Source of the DNA: Octopus sinensis
Taxonomy: Eukaryota
Length of the DNA stretch: 64,000 nt
Direction: 5' to 3'
NCBI RefSeq assembly: GCF_006345805.1
Contig: NC_043000.1
Span: forward strand, 1,488,001 to 1,552,000
Shown: positions 1 through 12,591 of the stretch, one piece after another
How the letters are laid out: each line of letters opens with the position of its first letter
How positions within the stretch are numbered: the first letter of the stretch is position 1
Notes under the pieces: generated by a model
What the model was told of the DNA's origin: nothing
Seen by the model: only the letters and a program-made list of their open reading frames with translations
The model's database searches: none
Translations under genes and position numbers: made by a program

Positions 1-114
1 AGCCATTATTTCATTTCCCTTTCGATGCTAACGACTCTCTGAAGCTCACGAATATCACATCACCTTCTTGCACATCTATCAGAAATCACTAAACAATGAC
101 TCTCTTGTTTGCAG

Positions 115-268
115 GCAATGCAATGGGTTACATCCGCATGATCCGGTCAGGTGGGTTGCATTGTTGCAGCAATGCAATTCGGTTTATCCCAGACTTAGAA
201 GACATTGAAAGTTTTGAAGAACTCTCTGCCAAAGAAGGTCTCTCTTCAGAATGTCAACTGGCTGCAAA
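115..268 (+). CDS. WASHC4: WASHC4 internal exon (first in window)
   Basis: ttgcag acceptor, gtaagt donor. Translates ...[46 protein letters not shown](K), matching the recalled human WASHC4 segment [23 protein letters not shown]. Confidence 0.95.
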
Positions 269-415
269 GTAAGTTTCTGGAGCATTCTTTTTGTTTTCAT
301 TTTTTTTTGTCCCCTCTATGTTTAGCCCCTTGTGGGTCAATAAAGAAATAAGAAACTGTGCAAATGGCCACTGAATAAAAGAATGAACAGAATGTGACGA
401 GGAGGTAGATGTTAA

Positions 416-636
416 CCCTTTAGCATTTAAACCGGCCATATCCGGCCAAAAATATTCTGCTTGTTTTATGTCCAAACTGGCCAGATCTGGTCTCTCACAC
501 CAACCCTACAATATCGTTTGAGAAATGAACAGCTACCTCATCAAAATCTCAATGCTACAAGATAATGCATGATTAGTTCAAAACAGTGTGGATGAAGAAG
601 CATTAATTTTAGCAGAATAATGCAAACACTAAAGGG
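416..636. mobile_element. piggyBac-type MITE
   Basis: TTAA on both sides (412-415, 637-640); termini ccctttag / ctaaaggg. Confidence 0.8.
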
Positions 637-716
637 TTAAAGACCGTTCACATCTCTTTTGAGATTCAACAAATCCTACTACAGCATGCTTATGAATTTT
701 GTTTTCATCTCACCAG

Positions 717-780
717 GAATCTGGATGCTGTTATAAATAACCTGTCTAAGAATTTTGCAGAAGGAACTGAATATTTCAAG
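717..780 (+). CDS. WASHC4: WASHC4 exon
   Basis: caccag/gtaagt; phase 2 in, phase 0 out; NLDAVINNLSKNFAEGTEYFK (human ...NSAEGTEYFK). Confidence 0.95.
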
Positions 781-883
781 GTAAGTTTTTTTTTATTTAA
801 CCTTTTTCCCATACAAAGCATTTTCAGGAGTTTGTCCTAAATGTCCGACATGTTTTCAGGCTTTTAAGTAGCCCTTGTTTCAT

Positions 884-1626
884 TCATCATCATCATCATC
901 ATCATCATCATCGTTTAACGTCCGCTTTCCATGCTAGCATGGGTTGGACGGTTCAACTGGGGTCTGGGGAGCCCGAAGGCTGCACCAGGCCAGTCAGATC
1001 TGGCAGTGTTTCTACAGCTGGATGCCCTTCCTAACGCCAACCACTCCGAGAGTGTAGTGGGTGATTTTATGTGCCACCGACACAGGTGCCAGACGAGGCT
1101 GGCGAACAGCCACGCTCGGATGGTGTTTTTTATGTGCCACCGACACAGGTGCCAGACAAGGCTGGCGAACGGCCACGTTCGGATGGTGTTTTTTATGTGC
1201 TACCGACACAGGTGCCAGACGAGGCTGGCGAACGGCCACGCTCGGATGGTGTTTTTTATGTGCCACCGACACAGGTGCCAGACGAGGCTGGTGAACGGCC
1301 ACGATCGGATGGTGTTTTTATGTGCCACCGACACAGGTGCCAGACGAGGCTGGTGAACGGCCACGATCGGATGGTGTTTGTTACGTGCCCACAGCACGGA
1401 GGCCAGTCAATGCGGTACTGGCTACGGCCACGTTCGGATGATTTTCTTATGTGCCACCGGCACTGGTACCACAAAGATACAAATTCCATTGATGTTCATC
1501 TATTTTGATTTGGTTTTTGGTTTTCATTTGCCTCAACAGGTCTTCACAAGTGTCACAAGAAGGAAGGTATGCACAGGTGGACTGACTACGTCCCAGGTAG
1601 GGGCCACGGGTTGTGGCCTCACTAGT
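884..1626 (-). mobile_element. RTE LINE 3' UTR copy (5'-truncated) with ~5 internal 62-bp units and (GAT)n tail
   Basis: Same sequence as the UTR following the RT ORF at 41863-42690. Confidence 0.85.
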
Positions 1627-1826
1627 CATTCTGAGTAATATAAAGCTTCTGTTTTTTTTTCCTAAGTCCCAAGTTACTCTGGTAGTTGAAAAAACTTGGG
1701 AATGTGTATCAGATATGATGCGTGGATACCAGGGGAATATGTCCTGTGTGTCATATGTTATACACAGGGCAGGTTAAAGGTTCTGAGGAGTGATGTGTGC
1801 GTGTGTTAGTGTCTCCTTGTCTTTAT

Positions 1827-2038
1827 CTTTTACTCTTTACTCTTTTACTTGTTTTAGTCATTTGACTATGGCCATGCTGGAGCACCGCCTTTAGTCAAAC
1901 AAATCAACCCCAGGACTTATTCTTTGTAAGCCTAGTACTTATTCAATCAGTCTCTTTTGCCAAACTACTAAGTTATGGGGACGTAAGCACACCAGGATCG
2001 GTTGTCAAGCAATGCTGGGGTGACAAACACAAACATAT

Positions 2039-2084
<46 letters not shown>

Positions 2085-2243
2085 GGCTTCTTTCAGTTTC
2101 TATCTACCAAATCCACTTACAAGGCTTTGGTCGGCCAGAGGCTATAGTAGAAGACACTTGCCCAAGGTGTCACGCAGTGGGACTGAATCCGGAACCATGT
2201 GGTTGGTAAGCAAGCTACTTACCACACAGCCACTCCTACGCCT
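1827..2243 (-). mobile_element. tRNA-derived SINE family A
   Basis: A-box TGGCTGTGTGG and B-box-like GGTTC(C/A)G..CC head, CCTTGGGCAAGT central motif, internal (TA)n(TG)n, (AGAGTAAA)n tail; ~17 copies in window. Confidence 0.85.
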
Positions 2244-2468
2244 TGTTCATGTAATAGCTGTAAGCAGGTGACACTGTCATACATGCAATATATTTTGTTT
2301 TCAATCTTCCATGGAAACATTTCTGGCCATGGGGAAACATACCTTGCTTCATAACAGGTGAGGGTTGTTGACAGGGATGGCATGCATCCATAGAAAATCT
2401 GCCTCAGTGAATTCAACCTGACCCATGCAAGTGTGGAAAAGCTGATATTAAACAGATGATGATGATGA

Positions 2469-3009
2469 TCTCTCTCTATATAAACGACAGTTTGTCTGTC
2501 TGTGTGTCTGTTAGGTTGTACCCTCACCCTGACCACGGCTTTCAACCAATTCTGATGAAACTTGACTCACACATAGCTCAATGTCATAATTCAAAACTAA
2601 CGCACCGAAAATTTTGAAAAGTTCCCCCAGTTCCTAAAAAAAATCGATAAATTCGACATGGGGTCGAGAATCTAAGCTTTTTATATGCAACACATTTTCT
2701 GTTGTAGTTTTCGCAACTTGCAATCGATTTTCACCAAACTCATGGTGAAGCTTAATGTTACCCTAAGAAACTTAATTCTGACGTTAGTTTTCCATGCAAT
2801 ACCTTACCATCAGAAAAAATCGATAAAATCATGCCATTTTGGGAAATCGCGTTTTCGCCCAAAGGGACAGCTAGGAACATCGTATACACAGAGAACATTG
2901 CAACCTACACATGCGCCTTCGTTCCCTAGAGGGAAAGGACTTGATTGGGATTAGTCGTTGCCTACTAGGGGCTCTTACATACCCGGGCAACGCCGGGCTA
3001 TGCTGCTAG
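2469..3009 (+). mobile_element. non-autonomous Helitron
   Basis: A|TC start, subterminal hairpin cccgggcaacgccggg, CTAG|T end; second copy at 20796-21252. Confidence 0.8.
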
Positions 3010-3044
3010 TATTCAATATGCCTAAACCATTCTCCATTCCACAG

Positions 3045-3128
3045 ATGCTGGTTGATGTGTTTGCACCAGAGTTCCGTAATCCAAAGAACATGCATCTCCG
3101 TAACTTCTATGTCATTCTGCCAGCATTG
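3045..3128 (+). CDS. WASHC4: WASHC4 exon
   Basis: ccacag/gtaagt; 84 nt; [28 protein letters not shown] (human [28 protein letters not shown]). Confidence 0.96.
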
Positions 3129-3599
3129 GTAAGTTAGCATTTATTTATTCTTTCTGTATTTTTTTTAACCATGATTAATGGCAACACAGTTTTAGAGGAG
3201 TCATTCTACTGTCAAATCTACATCTTTATATCTTTATCCATTGTGGTTAACATCTTTAATGATAGCATAGTTAACGCTCACACTCATCATACAGACATTT
3301 GAATTAACTTTTACAATCCAGCCGTCCTTTCACAGGGAATTTCGTCTTTCTGAACAAAGGACGCTGAAGTGACTATATATATGATGATGGAACCGTAATT
3401 ATGTATATCAGAAAAAATATATATAAGTCAAAATAATTTGTTGGCCTTTTATGGTTTTTATAATTATTTATATATTATGTTATATATTATATTCATAGTG
3501 TTTAATGTAATACTGTAATATAAATAAATTATTGAATTATACCAAAAATAAATTATACCAAAAATAAATTATTTAATTATACCAAAAATTATACCGTAA

Positions 3600-3835
3600 A
3601 ATGCACCAATCCGACCGTGGCCATTGCCAGCCTCGCCTGGCACCTGTGCGGGTGGCATGTAAAAAGCACCCACTACACTCACGGAGTGGTTGGCGTTAGG
3701 AAGGGCATCCAGGTGTAGAAACATTGCCAGATAAGACTGGAGCCTGGTGCAGCCTTCTGGCTTCCCAGATCCCCGGTCGAACCGTCCAACCCATGCTAGC
3801 ATGGAGAACGGACGTTAAACGATGATGATGATGAT
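3600..3835 (+). mobile_element. RTE LINE 3' UTR fragment
   Basis: ...ggcgttaggaagggcatcc...gctagcatgg...ttaaac(gat)n. Confidence 0.85.
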
Positions 3836-4373
3836 TTATATGGTATCCAACTGAAACACCAGTGAATTGGGTGTTTAACAGACCCCTTTGAAGGATTCCT
3901 TTTCCTTAGTTTGTTACTTTATTATTTCTATAGATAGTTAGCTAGAAATCTATCTTTACATAAAGTTCTCCCTCATCATCATCTTGTAATGTCCTTTGTC
4001 CATGTTGGCATGTTTTGGATGGTGTGACCAGAGATTTTTCAAGAAAGATACTTATTGCCGGTTCATAGGATTACCCAGGGTTTTGCATCCATAAAGTACT
4101 TAGCTTTACACATGTCTTGTCAGACCCTAATAGCCAATGGCCTATAACTTCTACTTAAACAGGAGAAAGAAAAGGCCTCTCTCTTTATATAGAGAGACAG
4201 CTAGGCAAATTATGTGTGATGATAAGTGGTAGACCTCAATATCATTAGAATAGTAGACTATATGTATTGAATTGAATGGTACCTTATGGAGACTCACATA
4301 CAGGACTTCAAGTTTCTGTGTCAATGAAAAACTGATTAATGCACTCCTTCAGTGGTTGTAAGATAGAGAAATC

Positions 4374-4790
4374 TGTAGTGATGCTACTGTGTAAGGTTCA
4401 GCGCGCATGCGCAGAATGGGACCACTTCCCGGTGGCCACCGGAAGTCTTCCCCATGCGCATGTGCGGGAAACTGACCCCCTAAGGCACACAGACTCATTC
4501 ATCCTCTCTGGGCATTTCAGCCATCGTGAACAGACGTGCATTGGTAGTCTCTGATAACCACACCGACTTAGCCGCGGACGACATCGAACCACTTCAACCA
4601 ACGAACAAGAAGCTGTACAACAGATTCGGCTGTCGTTTTCCCTTCAGATATACGTACACCATCGCGATTAATAAACAACACTGCTGTCTTTCACCGATAA
4701 CCTGACTTCATCTGTTATATCTAACTAAATTGTATGTGACGGGATCGGATCGACACCCTTTCAGTGATACCGATAACAGATCCTGTTACA
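4374..4790 (+). mobile_element. solo LTR (Gypsy-like), 417 bp
   Basis: TGTA...TACA termini, 4-bp TSD AATC on both sides, AATAAA at 4670-4675, CpG-rich. Confidence 0.7.
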
Positions 4791-4887
4791 AATCTATCTT
4801 TAAATTAAGCTCTCCATCATCATCATCATCATTTACTTGCATTGCTTTTGTGATTTGACTTATGTCTCTTGTTTCCATTTTCTTCAG

Positions 4888-4984
4888 ACTCTAAACTTTG
4901 TAGAACATTCCATGAGTTGTAAAGAGAAACTGAATCGCAAAAACAAAGATGGTGCCGCCATAACAGACGATGGCTTTGCAATGG
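4888..4984 (+). CDS. WASHC4: WASHC4 exon
   Basis: cttcag/gtaaga; [32 protein letters not shown](G). Confidence 0.96.
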
Positions 4985-5384
4985 GTAAGAATTGAAGCTG
5001 TCTTTCACTGTATGCTGAATAGTTTCTATGTCGGTCACATGACCTGCTTCTATGATAGCCAATAAAAAGAGCCAGCGATGGAGCCAATACATGGTTAATC
5101 AGCCTGCTAGAAACAGTAGCCAAACAATCTTCATATGTAAAAAATTAAAATGTACACATTAGTTATTGTAGTCCTGGATAAACTTATCACACCTAGAATG
5201 TCTTTAATCGTAGGTCTATTCTATCTACTCAAAAGCAAGAATAGTAAATCAATGGATTTCTACATATGTGACATGACCTATTGAAAACAGAGAGAAACTT
5301 TCAGGGCAGACTAGTGGCTCTCAGTCTTTTTGACTTCACAGCAAACTGGGGGTGAAAATAAAAAGATTTTGAACAGACAGGTCA

Positions 5385-5930
5385 TCATCATTGTTTAACG
5401 TCTGTTTTCCGTGCTAGCACGGGTTGGACGGTTCAACCGGGATCTGGGAAGCCAGGAGGCTGCACCAAGCTCTCGTCTGATCTGGCAGTGTTTCTACTGC
5501 TGGATGCCCTTCCTAATGCCAACCACTCTGTGTGTGTAGTGGGTGCTTTTTACATGCCACCAGCACAGGTGCCAGGGGAGGCTGGCAGCAGCCACGATCG
5601 GTTGGTGCTTTTTACGTGTCACCGGCACAGGTATCACAACTACAATTTCCATTTGATATCTATTTTGATGTTGGTGTACTTGACTCAATAGGTCTCCTCA
5701 AGCACAGCAGGTCACCCTATGATCCAAGATAAGCACAGCAGGTTGTGCTATGATCCAAGGTACTTTGGATGGGCTGGGGCTATGCGAAACTAGTGCAGGA
5801 AACAGCCATGAACTCATATTATTTGTCAGGTCTTTGCAGTCACAGCATATCTCCAGAGATCGCAGTCTTTCTTCATTGCCTCTGTGAGGCCCAACGTTCG
5901 AAGGTCCTGCTTGACCACCTCATCCCCATT
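5385..5930 (-). mobile_element. RTE LINE 3' end including last RT codons
   Basis: Minus strand reads ...VVKQDLRTLGLTEAMKKDCDLWRYAV..., followed by the shared UTR. Confidence 0.8.
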
Positions 5931-6392
5931 AAGTAAAAAAATGTTGGTACACTGGAGATGGAATAAAAATTTTCTGGCACACTAAAGATCAAGTAATAAA
6001 ACCACTGGTGCACTTCAAATAGGAAGTTTTTAAGAAAAACTTTTAAAGTTTAGAAATTTAGAATAAAGTATGGAAAGATATTGTTTACTTAGTTTCATTA
6101 ATAATACTTGTATATTACAAAATTACAAATGGTTTAAAATTTTTGGTACTGGGTCAGCAGTTTTTGAGGGAAAGTGGAAGTCAATTACATCAACCACAGT
6201 ATAAGTCATACTGGAATCATAATCATCATCATCATTGTCTTTTAAAATCCATCTTCTATGCTAGAATGGTTTGGATGCTTTGACAGGATCAGAAAGGCCC
6301 AAGGACTGCATTGTGCTCCAGTGTCTGCTTCAGCTTGGTTGCTTCAGTTAGATACCCTTTTTAACACCAAGCACTTTACAGAGCGTAAAATA

Positions 6393-6934
6393 TTGGGTTG
6401 TCCGGAAAGTTCCTGCCGATTTGTGTACCCAAGCTTTACCAGGTGCTCATGAATGACGGATTTTGATAGGTTGAGGCTTTCTGCCAATTCTCAGGTTGTG
6501 CAATGTGGGTTATTCTCAATTAATGACTTGATTTGGTCATCATCTGTAGTGGATGGTCTGCCTGATTGCTCTTTATCAATAAGGCTACAATCTCCAGCTC
6601 AGAACCTTGCGAACCACTTTTGTACAGTTCTTTCAGATAAAGAAATATCACCGTAAACTGCACATATTTCTTTGGTTGCTTGTGAGGCATTTTTTTCCTT
6701 TACAGAAAAAGAAAAGCATCAAGTGTCAAAAAGCAACTTTCTTATCTTCCATTTTAAAGGGTTAAAGAATCAACACAGGTTATAGGAACATAAACCTTCT
6801 TCCACAAAAAGATAGCTTAAATTGTGCTCTAAATGGAGGTGTAGTCAAATCCTATTTTATGGACTCAACCATGTTCTAAAATATGTCGAAAGGTAAGCTA
6901 CTATAAATCGGAACGAAACTTCCGGACAACCCAA
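6393..6934 (-). mobile_element. internally deleted mariner element
   Basis: TA-flanked TIRs ttgggttgtccggaa; minus-strand decayed transposase N-terminus ...KGKNASQATKEICAVYG...RTVQKWFARF...SGRPSTTDDDQIKSLIENNP. Confidence 0.88.
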
Positions 6935-7311
6935 TACATAGCCAAAACCTGAAAGACAGTCAGTGTATGTTCCTTGAGAAATCTGAGCCATGTGAATAGC
7001 AGAAAGGAGTTGGTCATACACGATCTGCTTGACCAATACATTCAAAAGCACCTCAACAACTACCAATATTTGAACCATGTTTTTGCTATACATTTCCCTC
7101 CTTTCCTTGCTCAGCTGTCAGTTAAAAGGATTCTATGCTTAAAAATATGATGGCTCCATTCTTGCACCAGTAAAAATATCAAAGCTAGATTTCTGTTTAG
7201 TCACAATATGACTAAATCTCTCTCAAATATAGTTTCTCCATTAATCATGAAGTTTCATTTGCTTAAGCTGAGATTGAACTTGTGAACCTATATTAAGTAT
7301 ATTTTTGAATA

Positions 7312-7804
7312 CCGTAAATCCTCGAGTATAATCCACATTTTTTCCCCAAAATTTAAAGGTCAAAATCCCTAGTGCGTATTATACACGAGGTTAAAAATGA
7401 AAAATATTTTCTAAGCAATGTCCGAGTCTCTATTTGCTGTTTATTCAGATGCATTTTGTGATGTCGGACGTGAAATACATTAAGCTAAGCCTGAAAGTCA
7501 TAAAAAAATCATCCGTAACTTGCAGTAAGCAACATTTATTAAACGTTATTACTGTTATTTCTTTATTTTCTGCAAACAAAATGCACAAAAAAGCTACACG
7601 TTTGCATTATGTTATATGTACAATAATAATAAAGGACATTACCATATACATTTTTACAAACCAAGGACGTTATATAGACTTCCTTGACTCAAGTTAGAAA
7701 AGGGGTGCATATTATACACAAGGTTTAGGTTTTTCAGAGGTATAGCCCCCTAAAAATCCCCTGCGTATTATACTCAAGGGTGGACTATACTTGAGGATTT
7801 ACAG
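7312..7804. mobile_element. Tc1/mariner-pogo-type MITE
   Basis: TA flanks; TIR ccgtaaatcctcgagtataatcc vs ggactatacttgaggatttacag; subterminal gcgtattatac repeats. Confidence 0.8.
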
Positions 7805-7829
7805 TATGTCACAGATAAGTTTCTGTATT

Positions 7830-8193
7830 TCTATATATATAAACAGCAAAATGTCTTTGTGTGTGTGTCCTTTATACAAATCCACAATTTTTCAGTTAGC
7901 GGGCTCGCACTTTTCTATGGTCATTCAAAACCATCCAAGGGTGGTCGTGCACATCTTTACATTTCCCAAGTCACCCCGCAAAGCCATAAAAAATCAATAG
8001 AAGTGACTTTTTTGTGAATTTTCCATCCCAAACCCAATCAAAATGCCCGAAACTTGATACACCAATTGAATACCAAATAGTTGTATGTGAATGGTCGGAG
8101 ATTTGGACAGTACTCGTATGTATGTGCACACACACGCAGCTGTATATGCATGCACTAGCACTATGACCCAGCAACGCCAGGTCATAGTGCTAG
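7830..8193 (+). mobile_element. non-autonomous Helitron-like element
   Basis: TC(TA)n start, terminal hairpin, CTAG|T end. Confidence 0.65.
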
Positions 8194-8226
8194 TTTAAAA
8201 TAACTGATTTCAAAATATTTTCACAC

Positions 8227-8618
8227 AGGCGTAGGAGTGGCTGTGTGGTAAGTAGCTTGCTAACAAACCACATGGTTCCGGGTTCAGTCCCACTGCGTGG
8301 CATCTTGGGCAAGTGTCTTCTGCTATAGCCCCGGGCCGACCAATGCCTTGTGAGTGGATTTGGTAGACAGAAACTGAAAGAAGCCTGTCGTATATATGTA
8401 TATGTATATGTGTATGTGTGTGTTTGTCTCCCTAGCATTGCTTGACAACCGATGCTGGTGTGTTTACGTCCCCGTCACTTAGCGGTTCGGCAAAAGAGAC
8501 CGATAGAGTAAGTACTGGGCTTACAAAGAATAAGTCCTGGGGTCGATTTGCTCGACTAAAGACGGTGCTCCAGCATGGCCACAGTCAAATGACTGAAACA
8601 AGTAAAAGAGTAAAAGAG
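8227..8618 (+). mobile_element. SINE family A
   Basis: Full head-to-tail match to other copies. Confidence 0.9.
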
Positions 8619-8837
8619 TATACACTCATCAATTTAACAGGTAAACAGTAAAAAAAACAACTTAGGTATATGAACAATAACATCTTTGGCATTTAGATAG
8701 CAACAACAACAAATTTATTCATTGTGTAGTTAACATATTTATTAATTATCTATGATACAGGGTATAATAATGGAATTATCAGTTTCTGGATTATTGTTTT
8801 TATGGTATTATTGTTCTTCTGTGTTGTGTATTTGCAG

Positions 8838-8932
8838 GTCTTGCTTATATCCTGAAGTTGCTCGACCAGTACCACGAGTTTGACTCTCTGCATTGGTTTG
8901 CATCTGTAAAGAAGAAATATTCCACAGATAAG
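8838..8932 (+). CDS. WASHC4: WASHC4 exon
   Basis: ttgcag/gttagt; (G)[31 protein letters not shown]. Confidence 0.95.
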
Positions 8933-9123
8933 GTTAGTGTCTTTTTTTTATATAAACAGTTTATGAAACATAGTGGCAAAATAAAAATCAGGCACTCAGT
9001 TTGAAGCATTTTATTAGTGAAAAACCCAATCCTAGGTCCCCTATAATATTATAGAACAATTTAAGGTTCTTAAACAGTGAGAGACCCACTAAAATTGTGT
9101 GAATATATATATATATATGCACA

Positions 9124-9159
<36 letters not shown>

Positions 9160-9234
9160 TCACTGTGACCAACCAGGCTATCAGATGTTGCTACACATCG
9201 CCGGTCACAATGCGCTTTGCATTGTTTTAGCCTT

Positions 9235-9460
9235 CAAATGACGCCACCCCGCAGGCTAAGCGAATAGGCCAACAGAAGAAAGAGTGAGAGAAATAGTGGC
9301 GAAAGAGTACAGCAGGGATCGCCACCACCCCCTGTCGGAGCCTCGTGGAGCTGTAGGTGTTTTCGCTCAATAAACACTCTCAACGCCTGGTCTAGGAATC
9401 GAAGCCGCAGTCCTACGACCGCGAATCCGCTGCCCTAACCATTGGGCCATTGCGCCTTCA
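9235..9460 (-). mobile_element. tRNA-derived SINE family C (partial)
   Basis: Minus head ggcgcaatggcccaatggttagggcagcggattcgcggtcg..., shared with 36945 and 54310 copies. Confidence 0.75.
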
Positions 9461-9739
9461 CACACATATATATATATGTACACACATACATATACAAATA
9501 TATATATACACATAAATATATATCCAGCTGTAGAAACCATGCCACAACAGACAATTGTAGTCTGGACGGGTCCCTGGCTGACCAGCTCCTGTCAAACCAT
9601 CCAACCCATACCAGCATGGAAAGCAGATAGATGTTAAATGGTAATGATGTTGTTAATGATGATGTTGATATGCATATATACAAATAAATATATATACATA
9701 CCCACTCACATGTATACATGCATACATTTATACATACAC

Positions 9740-10243
9740 ACACTCACACACATCATCATCATCATCATCATCATTTAGCGTCCGTTCTCCATGCTAGCAT
9801 GGGTTGGACGGTTCAACTGGGGTCTGTGAAGCTGGAAGGCTTCATCAGGCCCAGTCTGATCTGGCAGTGTTTCTACGGCTGGATGCCCTTCCTAACGCCA
9901 ACCACTCCGTGAGTGTAGTGGGTGCTTTTTACGTGCCACCCACACAGGTGCCAGACAGCTGGCAAATGGCCACGAACGGATGGTGCTTTTACATGCCACC
10001 GGCACGGGGGCCAGGCAAGGCTGGCAACGGACACGAACGGATGGTGCTTTTACGTGCCACCGGCATGGGGGCCAGGCGAGGCTGGCAACAGACACGAGCG
10101 GATGGTGCTTTTACGTGCCACCGGCACGGGGGCCAAGCGAGGCTGGCAACGGACATGAACGGATGGTGCTTTTACGTGCCACCGGCACGGGGGCCAGGCA
10201 AGGCTGGCAAACGGCCACGAATGGATGGTGCTTTTACATGCAT
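9740..10243 (-). mobile_element. RTE LINE 3' UTR copy with ~5 internal 60-bp units
   Basis: (CAT)n followed by ttagcgtccgttctccatgctagcatggg... Confidence 0.85.
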
Positions 10244-10316
10244 TACGATGTATTTGTTGTTTTTGTTTTTTAATATTTTGTTTTTTAATATTTTGTATTC
10301 TTCATTTGATTTGAAG

Positions 10317-10418
10317 ATGGAGGTTCAAAAACAACAGACTTCAGCCAGTGTGAAAATGGACGAGAAACTGAATCAAACCACGACCCTCACTATGAAAAGA
10401 TTAGATGTTTATATTCAG
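10317..10418 (+). CDS. WASHC4: WASHC4 exon
   Basis: ttgaag/gtatga; 102 nt, phase 0-0; MEVQKQQTSASVKMDEKLNQTTTLTMKRLDVYIQ (human ...[20 protein letters not shown]). Confidence 0.93.
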
Positions 10419-11144
10419 GTATGACCATTCTGTTTTGGCTTGTTTGATAGGAAGGATTATAAGTGGTGTAATAAAAATGTAGTGTCTTTGGCAAACCTCT
10501 GATTTCAGTTATGTAACTGTGAGGAATGTGTATGTGTTTATATTGTATGTGTTGTTTAGTACCAGGTCAGCCCTGACTGAGCAAACCTAATCAGTGCTTA
10601 CATAGATTAAAGCTAATAAATATCTATATATATAAAAATGTAGTTGTGTGAGTGTCTGTCTCCTTCGATTAGATTCCTAACTCCTCACATTTTGCGGTGC
10701 AGTTTAACAAATTCGGGGCTTATGGTCGTGATTCATATCGAGCCGTCTGGGTATTAGCGCGCGTCTACGATGAGTCTACGATTTTAAAAATAATTTAACA
10801 TCATTTTTTATTCCATTTTAATGCATATTTTTTCGTTGTGTCGTGGCGGCGGAGTTGGCGTCCATGGTCACACTTGAACCTGTTTGCTTCTCCCCCTTCT
10901 TCCCTCCTTCGTGAAGCTGTGGGGAAGGGAGTGTAAGGAAATCAACGTCGTAATGCGTTGTCAAGGAGACCAGCGTTCTTTTAGAACAACGACTTCATGG
11001 CTTGAAGACACCAAAACAGAAATGGCTAAGAAAGCCCAAATTGGCATCTATAAGGGAAGTAACTCTCTAAAAATGCTTATATAGTTATTTCGTTTTTGGA
11101 TTTGGTTTTCAAGATTCTTTATATGAGTTCATGTGTTGAAGCAT

Positions 11145-11403
11145 ATTCTGTTGTGTCTGGGGAGAGTCATTTTCTTTTTGTGCCTTATAATGTAACACAC
11201 TCACCGGTAAAATTTCCACTTATTTCTTATTTTTATTTTCTAAAATTCTCATTGCGTCTTGCAGTCAAGACTATTGAAAAGGTTGCAAGACGCAACGAAA
11301 ATTTTAGGAAAATAAAAATAAGAAATAAGTGGAAATTTTACCGGTGAGTGTGTTAAACAATAAGGCACTAAAAGAGAATGACTCTCCCCAAACACAACAG
11401 AAT
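11145..11403. repeat. foldback inverted repeat, ~120-bp arms, 20-nt loop
   Basis: Arms 11145-11263 and 11284-11403 are ~90% reverse-complementary. Confidence 0.9.
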
Positions 11404-11703
11404 AATAACTATAAATATTAGGAAAAATGCTTATTAAATGCATAAAATTTAGTATATAATTCAGTAAATTAGACTACCATAATATCTACTTCTTTCCAAG
11501 TTCAATATATATATATATATATATACTAAGCATAACCCTATTATTTCTATGTGCTGTGAGATTCAGCTTCATCATATATTAACTATAATTGTCTTGAAGG
11601 CAGAAATTAAACTGCCTTCATTTGCTGTCATTCTAGAGTGAGAATTATGTTCGTGTGAGTTATATTGTGTGAATGCATGTGTGTTGCTTTGGATGAATGT
11701 TAA

Positions 11704-11927
11704 CCCTTTCATTACTGTATTTATTTTGAGATGCTCTGTGTTTCTTTTTGTTATTTTAAATATAACAAAGAATTTAGTAAAATAACTCAGTTATCATTAA
11801 GCTAGTGTTAGGAATGTAAATTGTGACTAAGGCTTGGTGGAAGATTTTTTTAATTCAAGACTTATGGAAACAAGACATTTGCACTACACAGCCAGATCCG
11901 GTTTTAGCTGGGTTGGTAACGAAAAGG
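11704..11927. mobile_element. piggyBac-type MITE
   Basis: TTAA flanks; TIR ccctttcattac / gtaacgaaaagg. Confidence 0.75.
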
Positions 11928-12591
11928 TTAAGAAGCTTCAAAACCTACAGCTTTTCTTTTCACATTATACTGCTGATTATTGGTAAACTTGGTTATGTTT
12001 ATGGGACAATCTCAAAAAGCTGGGTTTTCTAGGTAAAGTGACCAACTAACATGCACTTTGCAAACAGAATCTGTTGATGGAACAGTGAAATCATGCTAGA
12101 CTTCTCTAAAGTTCAACAGATTGTACTTATCATTTTGTTAGTATCAAAACTCTAGTGTTGCTACTTTGTTTCTTGAGTTAGAAACCAGCTCCTTCCTAAC
12201 AGAAAGAATTCAAACACTTAAAATAGGAAGGTACACATGCCCACACACACATATACATACATTATATATAAATATATACCATATTTAGTTTCAGCCATGT
12301 ATAAATTACACTGCTAATTTAGTGTTAAATCTTGGCCTGAAATATTTTTCTCTTCATGAATTTAGCTTTTCCATGTGTATAATCAAATATAAAATGATAT
12401 GACTTGTACACAATTAAATACAGTGTGTGTGTGTGAATATATATGTATATATTTATATTCACATACACACATAAAAAAGGTGTGTCTGATTCTATTGCTT
12501 GTTTTGTTTTGGAATTCCTTAAATTTATTTGAATTTTCAGTGTTGGTTATCCCCACTAATTAGTTTTTAATTTGATTATCCTTTTCATTAG

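Noticed and set aside
9804-10424. 206-aa ORF running into WASHC4 peptide MEVQKQQ...
   Set aside because: The first 510 nt are antisense RTE UTR and intron. Only 10317-10418 is exon, bounded by AG/GT.
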